Position numbers and translations under genes: made by a program. Under the pieces are notes generated by a model, which saw only the letters and a program-made list of their open reading frames with translations, searched no databases and had not been told where the DNA came from. A DNA stretch of 24,103 bases, taken from positions 16,385 to 40,487 of the forward strand of contig JBHLRQ010000020.1 in the NCBI GenBank assembly GCA_048882385.1. The letters run 5' to 3'. This document shows, piece by piece, positions 18,475 through 24,103 of this stretch. Every line of letters starts with the position of its first letter. Within the stretch, counting starts at the first letter, position 1. The DNA comes from Candidatus Thorarchaeota archaeon. Its GTDB lineage: Archaea > Asgardarchaeota > Thorarchaeia > Thorarchaeales > Thorarchaeaceae.

Positions 18475-19275
18475 CTATCCCTCTTTGATAGCTTTGAAGA
18501 CTGCAAAGAACGGCACTCTTCTCTCCCTCTCAAAGAACTTGTCATCATCGATAGGTTGAGGCTCTGCAAATTCTAGCAGACGGAACCCAGCATTGGAGAG
18601 TGAATTCAGGTATGTCGAGAGAGTCCTATGAAAGAAGCTGATTGGTTCTGGAAAAGTTTCTCCCTGCCTGGTCTTCCAATAATGTTGATACTCCTCTTCC
18701 TCAAAGTATCGATCAATCTTGAAGAACAAACCCTCACGTCTCTTGGTTTCTGTACTCTTCTCACCCATCTCCCATGAACCCGGTCCATAGAAATTGAATG
18801 CCGGATGGACAATGGAAAAGACGAGGATACCGCCTATTTTCAAGACTCTTTGGAACTCTTTCAAGGCATCGTCCAGACATGGTATATTAAGTAGAACAAG
18901 GTTGCATAGTATAATATCAAACTCAGGATTGGAAATCGTCTGAATTTCACACAGATCATCCACGCAGAAATCAACAGAACCATCCACAGTCAGTTGCTTT
19001 GCGGTTTCAATAAGACGTTCTGACAGGTCAATACCAGTCACAAGTGCTCCTTTCTTGGCATAGTGTCTTGCCAAGTATCCCTCACCACAACCTGCATCGA
19101 GTAGTTTCTTGCCTTTCACATCTTCCAGAAGCCTCTCTACACATGGATTGAGTATCATCCTGTGGTGCGGAGTTCCCCTACCATCAATAAGACTGGAGAA
19201 TGCTTCAGCATTGTTTTCCCATTGTTTACGAATTCTTTCATCCATGGTTTTGACAGAGAACTCATCTCTTCTCAA
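18475..19275 (-). CDS. Class I SAM-dependent methyltransferase
   Basis: LLDAGCGEG, GIDLS, FDIILCN, RVLKIGG..FSIVHP, FHRTLSTY. The exact start is uncertain. Confidence 0.9.
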   Translation of the reverse strand: MRRDEFSVKTMDERIRKQWENNAEAFSSLIDGRGTPHHRMILNPCVERLLEDVKGKKLLDAGCGEGYLARHYAKKGALVTGIDLSERLIETAKQLTVDGSVDFCVDDLCEIQTISNPEFDIILCNLVLLNIPCLDDALKEFQRVLKIGGILVFSIVHPAFNFYGPGSWEMGEKSTETKRREGLFFKIDRYFEEEEYQHYWKTRQGETFPEPISFFHRTLSTYLNSLSNAGFRLLEFAEPQPIDDDKFFERERRVPFFAVFKAIKEG

Positions 19276-19290
19276 GCTTTCGAAATCTTT

Positions 19291-19686
19291 CTATATCTTG
19301 TCCCAGACTTTCTTGATACGATTTCCAGTTTCTTCAATCAAATCCTGCATTTCCTCTTGACCTGCAAGACCAATTTCCACACCAATCTTCATGATTGAAG
19401 TGTGTGCAACCTTGACCTTTCCATCATCTTCGTATACCGTAAAGCTACAAGGAAAAATGGTCCCCATGTCTTTCGATATCTCAAGAGCTTTCTTTGCAAG
19501 ATGTGGATTACATACGAGGATTGCTGTGTACTTGGGATAGTCATCAATCCCAAGCTTTTGCTTGAAGATATCATGCACTCCCTTTGTGAGCTGAAGACCA
19601 AATCCTTCACTCACACAAGCCTCTTCGACCTTCTTCACTGCTTCATCAAACCCATACAGGACCTCTTTACGCAAAACTTCGACCAT
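19291..19686 (-). CDS. DUF302 domain protein
   Basis: FDEAV..VEEA...GFG, ILVCNP.LA..AL, FPCSFTVYE motifs. Confidence 0.88.
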   Translation of the reverse strand: MVEVLRKEVLYGFDEAVKKVEEACVSEGFGLQLTKGVHDIFKQKLGIDDYPKYTAILVCNPHLAKKALEISKDMGTIFPCSFTVYEDDGKVKVAHTSIMKIGVEIGLAGQEEMQDLIEETGNRIKKVWDKI

Positions 19687-19784
19687 AATGATACCTGACT
19701 GCTTTCAGTAAAATGAGTTTGGATAGAGGAGAGTTCCAATCAAGATAATAGAGGGCAAACCCAAGTGAATCATGGTGTAGGATT

Positions 19785-20975
19785 GTGACAATACAGAATC
19801 AACCTGACGAAGATGAACTGAAACACGATCCTGCACATGTCTTTGGTGCTGCATCATTTCTCAATGACGCAGGCTCTGATATGATTGCTCCAATCTGGCC
19901 CACGTTTCTAACCACTCAGCTTGGACTCACACAGGGCCAAGTTCAGGTAGTTGATGGTCTTGCTCTAATGATTACATCTCTTTCCAAGTTGGGAGCTGGA
20001 TATACCTCAGACCGATCAGGAAAAAGAAAAGGATTCATTACACTAGGATACTCCCTGTCAATGTTTGCACGATTAGGATTTGTGCTAGCCACCTACGCCT
20101 ACCAATTCTTTCAGATTGTGGTCTGGAAATCAATCGACCGTTTAGGAAAGATGCGTGGACCTCCTCGTGATGCGATAGTGGCAGGACATGTGGTTGAGAA
20201 AGAACGAGGCAGATCATTTGGAATTCTTCGAGCACTTGACACTGCAGGCGCTGTCGTTGGTACAATCATCACATTCTTTCTTTTCCAGGTACTCGGTTAT
20301 ACTGGAATAATCCTGCTAGCAGCAATTCCAACTGCAGGGTCAGTAATTATTGTTACAGTGCTGGTTAAGGAAAAACGTGGAAAGGATATTTTCAAAGGAG
20401 TCACTTTTCGTGGACTTGATAAGAATCTACAGATCTTCCTTCTCGCATCTATTATCTTTGCACTTGCCACTTTTAGCTACTCTCTACTCATTCTATTTTC
20501 TTCCAATTTTGGATACACAGTACCACAACAGACACTTCTCTATCTACTGTTCACAGCTGTCTACGCAGCTTCTGCATATCCCTTTGGAAGATTCTCAGAC
20601 AGGTTAGGACGGAAACCTATTCTTGCTATAGCATTCATCTTTCTAATAGTCACGTCAGCTTGGGTCTATCTGATCTTTGACCCAGTCATGATAATCCCTA
20701 TGTTTGTTTTCTTTGGCTTAATGAATGGTGCTCTTGATCCGGTCCAGACTAGTTTGGTCGCTGATTTGGTTGAAGAAGAACGTAGGGCAAGTATCATCGG
20801 TGCTTTCCAAATGGCAGTTGGAGTCAGTGCCTTTCCAGCCGGTCTTTTATTTGGGTATCTATGGGACTTCTTCACACCTATGGCTGCATTCCAGTACTCT
20901 ATCTTACTTACATTGATTGCATTGTTGTTGCTTTCGCTTGTAAGGGTTAGAAAAAGTGATGGTGGACCGGGCTAG
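19785..20975 (+). CDS. MFS transporter
   Basis: About 12 hydrophobic segments; motif A twice (GYTSDRSGKRK and GRFSDRLGRK); DRLGKMRGPPRDA. Confidence 0.93.
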   Translation: MTIQNQPDEDELKHDPAHVFGAASFLNDAGSDMIAPIWPTFLTTQLGLTQGQVQVVDGLALMITSLSKLGAGYTSDRSGKRKGFITLGYSLSMFARLGFVLATYAYQFFQIVVWKSIDRLGKMRGPPRDAIVAGHVVEKERGRSFGILRALDTAGAVVGTIITFFLFQVLGYTGIILLAAIPTAGSVIIVTVLVKEKRGKDIFKGVTFRGLDKNLQIFLLASIIFALATFSYSLLILFSSNFGYTVPQQTLLYLLFTAVYAASAYPFGRFSDRLGRKPILAIAFIFLIVTSAWVYLIFDPVMIIPMFVFFGLMNGALDPVQTSLVADLVEEERRASIIGAFQMAVGVSAFPAGLLFGYLWDFFTPMAAFQYSILLTLIALLLLSLVRVRKSDGGPG

Positions 20976-20981
20976 ATTTGA
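20959..20981 (-). repeat. Displaced copy of the tRNA-Ala 3' end (att-like direct repeat)
   Basis: ATGGTGGACCGGGCtAGATTTGA (20959-20981) versus ATGGTGGACCGGGCgAGATTTGA (23028-23050): 22/23 identical, covering T loop to CCA. Confidence 0.85.
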
Positions 20982-21208
20982 TGAGTTAATTGCAATTGAT
21001 GAAGATTTGAGCCGATTAAGAAACTGAGTTGTGATTAATAGATGGACTGAATCAAAGGAAACTTTGAAGATACACCTTTAGTCCTCGTTATCCACCCTAT
21101 GAATATTCTCTGTTCTAAATCCATCTAATCAGGAACCACCTTTTCTTTGATAGAAAGCTTGCAGGCACGTGGAATTCATCCTTTGGATAGATAGCAAATT
21201 AAGACCAA

Positions 21209-22957
21209 TCAAATTCTTCTCTTTCTCATGATTACTATAACCAATACTATTGCAATTGTTATAGCAGTGATTGCAGCAGTTTCAATGCTCAATATATTAA
21301 TCCCTGGTTCAGCTGGTGGAATTAGGATTTCTGCTTCTGATGGTGTAAAACCGTTCTTTGAAACAGTAATTGTAATCTCACTCAAGCTCTCAACACTCGG
21401 CATAGAAAGCTGTACCTCGCCATTGACGTCTGTGACTACTCGCTGATAGATGGACTCACTAACCAACGTGACTACTGCATCAGAAATTGGAGAGTTATCA
21501 GCCTCTACAAGAACTGAAATCGCTCTTGTAGCATTGTTTGCAGTTGTGCTGATGTTCAGTGACAACGGAATATCAAGCCAGAGAGGAACTTCAGGATCAC
21601 CCATCAGATTGAACTGACTTAATGTACGGCCTCCATCGTATGCATCTGGATTCAGAAGGACATAGTCTTCGCTATAATTTTCCTTTGCAAGTGCTAGTGC
21701 TTTCCCCGGATGGTTCCCGTCTTCACTGAAAATCCGTTTCCAGAATCTCTCTGAGAGACCTTGTGTGTACCAGCCAAGCGTTTCTCCATCATACCAGTTT
21801 GGATCATAGTATGCTGACGCAGAACTTCCAATACATCCGATTCCACTTGTGCGAGTTATGTATTCGGTCAAGCAATCATAACCAACAAAGGTTCCTGTTG
21901 AGCATGCTGCAAGGAAATAGAACCCAAGTTTATTTCCCACGTCAAAAGGAGTCGATGTTGACAGAAAGACACTTCCGTCGATATCATCAGTGCCTGAATC
22001 AAAAAGACCATCCCCATCTACATCATCCACAAAAATAGACCTTTGGGTCGATGTGGGTGAACCATGTGCATCAGACATCACAATAGATGCACCATCATTG
22101 ACACATTCCACAAGGATTGATTCGTTTATGGAATAGTCATAGGGGTATTGTGTTGTTTGAATGCCCTCGGTTTCACCAAGAAGAATACAATTCCAATCGG
22201 AGGGGATGATATTTTCCACCAGCCAGTTGTGATTTCTGTTTGTGTCAAAACCGCTGTAGTCATCATCATCGAAGACATTGTTGCCGTTTGTGTCCGAGTC
22301 AAAACTCGCAAAGGATCCCGCAAATAGCGCAGTCTTCATCCATGGTCCTAGCGGAGGGTTTCTTTCGTATTCAATTAGTCTAGATACGAGGTCTTCCATT
22401 TGTGTTCTGTTGTCAGCGGGTAGTCTTCCAACATATACTTCAGCCTCCCAGTCATTTGCATCAACGATTGTTGCAGTCCCGCTAGAGAGGACATTCCAAT
22501 TGTTGTCAAGATTGGCATAATAGTAGTCACAGCTGACATATACTCCATTCGTGTACACGGTTCTTGTAGGAACAATGTTCTCTCCACCAGCTAGAACGAC
22601 CCAAGTAGTGCCTTGATTCTCATGATAGTCCCTAATACAGTTCTTGATCTTTTCACTCAGGTCAACGCCAATGTATTGTGATTCTATATCCTCAACTGTC
22701 TGAATTGCTGCAAACAATCCTCGTTGCGTTTTCCACTTAGCAAGTGACTGAACATAATCAACAAAAGCGTCTGATGTAATGATCAAATACTCAGTCTGAG
22801 ATAGAGATGTATTCGCAATTGTTTCTTGGTTCACCAAGGTATATTCTGAATTGACAGACGGTACAGGAGTCAGAATGAACAGTATAATGAAAACTATCCA
22901 TCTAGATGATACTAATTCTTTCACTTGTTTCACCAAGTATGGACTGCTAAATGGCAT
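21209..22957 (-). CDS. Peptidase C25 (gingipain-like) family protein, secreted and C-terminally membrane-anchored
   Basis: YLIIT, LAKWKTQRG, VGRLP, candidate catalytic His-Gly (DAHGS) and Cys (AACSTG), NLMGDP. N-terminal hydrophobic signal, Ig-like beta region, C-terminal TM plus RKRR. Confidence 0.88.
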   Translation of the reverse strand: MPFSSPYLVKQVKELVSSRWIVFIILFILTPVPSVNSEYTLVNQETIANTSLSQTEYLIITSDAFVDYVQSLAKWKTQRGLFAAIQTVEDIESQYIGVDLSEKIKNCIRDYHENQGTTWVVLAGGENIVPTRTVYTNGVYVSCDYYYANLDNNWNVLSSGTATIVDANDWEAEVYVGRLPADNRTQMEDLVSRLIEYERNPPLGPWMKTALFAGSFASFDSDTNGNNVFDDDDYSGFDTNRNHNWLVENIIPSDWNCILLGETEGIQTTQYPYDYSINESILVECVNDGASIVMSDAHGSPTSTQRSIFVDDVDGDGLFDSGTDDIDGSVFLSTSTPFDVGNKLGFYFLAACSTGTFVGYDCLTEYITRTSGIGCIGSSASAYYDPNWYDGETLGWYTQGLSERFWKRIFSEDGNHPGKALALAKENYSEDYVLLNPDAYDGGRTLSQFNLMGDPEVPLWLDIPLSLNISTTANNATRAISVLVEADNSPISDAVVTLVSESIYQRVVTDVNGEVQLSMPSVESLSEITITVSKNGFTPSEAEILIPPAEPGINILSIETAAITAITIAIVLVIVIMRKRRI

Positions 22958-23028
22958 CGGCTTTCATTTGTATAATAAGCAGTAACTTGAACGCAACCAT
23001 GCAGAAAACCAACCTAATGAAAAATGAA

Positions 23029-23105
23029 TGGTGGACCGGGCGAGATTTGAACTCGCGACCTTCTGAATGCGAATCAGACGATCTACCAGTCTGATCTACC
23101 GGCCC
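23029..23105 (-). tRNA. tRNA-Ala(CGC), intronless, encoded CCA
   Basis: 77 nt: GGGCCGG/CCGGTCC acceptor with the G3-U70 Ala identity pair, TCTGA-TTCGCAT-TCAGA anticodon arm, GCGAG-TTCAAAT-CTCGC T arm, ACCA. TTTTAAG box about 28 nt upstream. Confidence 0.96.
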
Positions 23106-23147
23106 AGTCAGAAAAAGCACCGCGTGACGATTCTTAAAACCTTGCCT

Positions 23148-23441
23148 CTATATCTCAATACCAAACGCTCGGGAGAACCTTTCCATCCTGACAAACTCCT
23201 TGAGAAACTCCCTTCCTCTTTCAGTCAGAAGATACACTCTATTATCGCTCTCAGCATTCTCCACTCTGATAAGACCCTTCTCAATCAGCTCATCAAGGTA
23301 CTGTGTAAGTCTGTCGTGTGAAAGATTGGCAGCATAGAGTATCTTTGTCGGACCTGCGCCTTCTTCGCCCTCAATCTGAATGGCACGCATCATATCAGCT
23401 AAGATGCGCATCTTTGAGCGATAAGCCCGTTTTCTACTCAT
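23148..23441 (-). CDS. Archaeal winged-helix transcriptional regulator (HTH_45-like)
   Basis: RSKMRILADMM...TKILYAANLSH.RL..YL.EL...GLI...YLLTERGREFL. Confidence 0.88.
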   Translation of the reverse strand: MSRKRAYRSKMRILADMMRAIQIEGEEGAGPTKILYAANLSHDRLTQYLDELIEKGLIRVENAESDNRVYLLTERGREFLKEFVRMERFSRAFGIEI

Positions 23442-24085
23442 TCTACTCTGCCTGCCCTGATTAGCATGACCAGAAGTGACAAGAATCCTAACAGTTGAGC
23501 TAGCTGGCTGGAAAAGTACATCTGAGAATTCGTTAGCGCCTGAGCCACCAAAATATGGCTCAAAAGGAGGAGGAAGAATCCTAGGAGTACGAAGAAGGCT
23601 AGTTCACTACGTGTTGACATGTAGTTAATGATGGCCTGTAAGACAACCACAACGAGAACTAGAATTGCAATGATTTCCAGATTTGGGTCCACAAGTATGG
23701 TGGCTGCAAGAAGTAGACCGATACCGTTGCCATTGAAGCTTTCATTATTCGTTGGCTCTTGGTGACGTGCTGGTCTTGTTGCTACGACGAAAAGAATGTA
23801 CGCCATTATTCTAGACGCGCCATATGCAATAGTGACAACCGAACTGAACAAATTATCAGAGAGGTCTGCCAATCCAAACTGCACAATTAAATACCAAGTT
23901 CCTATGACCCTCCCAAACATACCCGCTGAGAGAACAAGGAACCCTGTTGAGAGGTCTGAAAGTTTCTTCAGTCCAGTCAGATTATAGGCTCTGGTTGCGT
24001 ATATCGTCACGATAAGCGCTATTATCCCGCTGATAGTTTCAAAGATTAGATCCAATCTAATGAATGCAAATAATCCATCTTGCAT
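23438..24085 (-). CDS. Multi-pass (about 6-7 TM) membrane protein of unknown function, coupled to the wHTH gene
   Basis: 215-aa hydrophobic ORF. Its stop codon overlaps the start of the wHTH ORF (4-nt overlap, 23438-23441). Confidence 0.78.
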   Translation of the reverse strand: MQDGLFAFIRLDLIFETISGIIALIVTIYATRAYNLTGLKKLSDLSTGFLVLSAGMFGRVIGTWYLIVQFGLADLSDNLFSSVVTIAYGASRIMAYILFVVATRPARHQEPTNNESFNGNGIGLLLAATILVDPNLEIIAILVLVVVVLQAIINYMSTRSELAFFVLLGFFLLLLSHILVAQALTNSQMYFSSQLAQLLGFLSLLVMLIRAGRVE

Positions 24086-24103
24086 TTGGTGACGCCCACC
24101 TCA

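Larger units (their letters stand above)
20959..23050. mobile_element. Putative tRNA-Ala-integrated islet or remnant carrying one C25 protease gene; no integrase
   Basis: Bounded by direct repeats of the tRNA 3' end, the typical footprint of tyrosine-integrase insertion. Confidence 0.6.

Noticed and set aside
23067-23321. 84-aa plus-strand ORF
   Set aside because: Antisense to tRNA-Ala and the wHTH gene.

Overview
Archaeal chromosomal window. The evidence is an intron-containing tRNA, TATA-type promoters, GGTGA/GGAGG ribosome-binding sites and an archaeal-type UMP kinase. A putative longin-domain protein and the overall gene mix suggest an Asgard archaeon such as Thorarchaeia, which is an inference. 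The window holds housekeeping genes (pyrH, valS, PolX-PHP, YbaK/ProX), several enzymes (SDR, membrane alpha/beta-hydrolase, HDAC/AcuC-like, URO-D family, two SAM methyltransferases, tandem OsmC), an MFS transporter and two surface-anchored proteins. Features absent from the ORF track are: (1) a tRNA-Leu(CAA) with two introns, one at non-canonical T-loop position 59/60 with a complete bulge-helix-bulge; (2) a tRNA-Ala(CGC) whose 3' end is duplicated 2.07 kb away, flanking a single C25/gingipain-like protease gene in an integrase-less islet; (3) a compact unit of three 33-37 aa micro-ORFs with its own TATA box, upstream palindromes, RBS-occluding hairpins and terminator; (4) two adjacent hairpins containing an exact complement of the conserved 16S rRNA 3' tail. 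A 698-aa longin-like plus helical protein is a candidate eukaryotic-signature protein.
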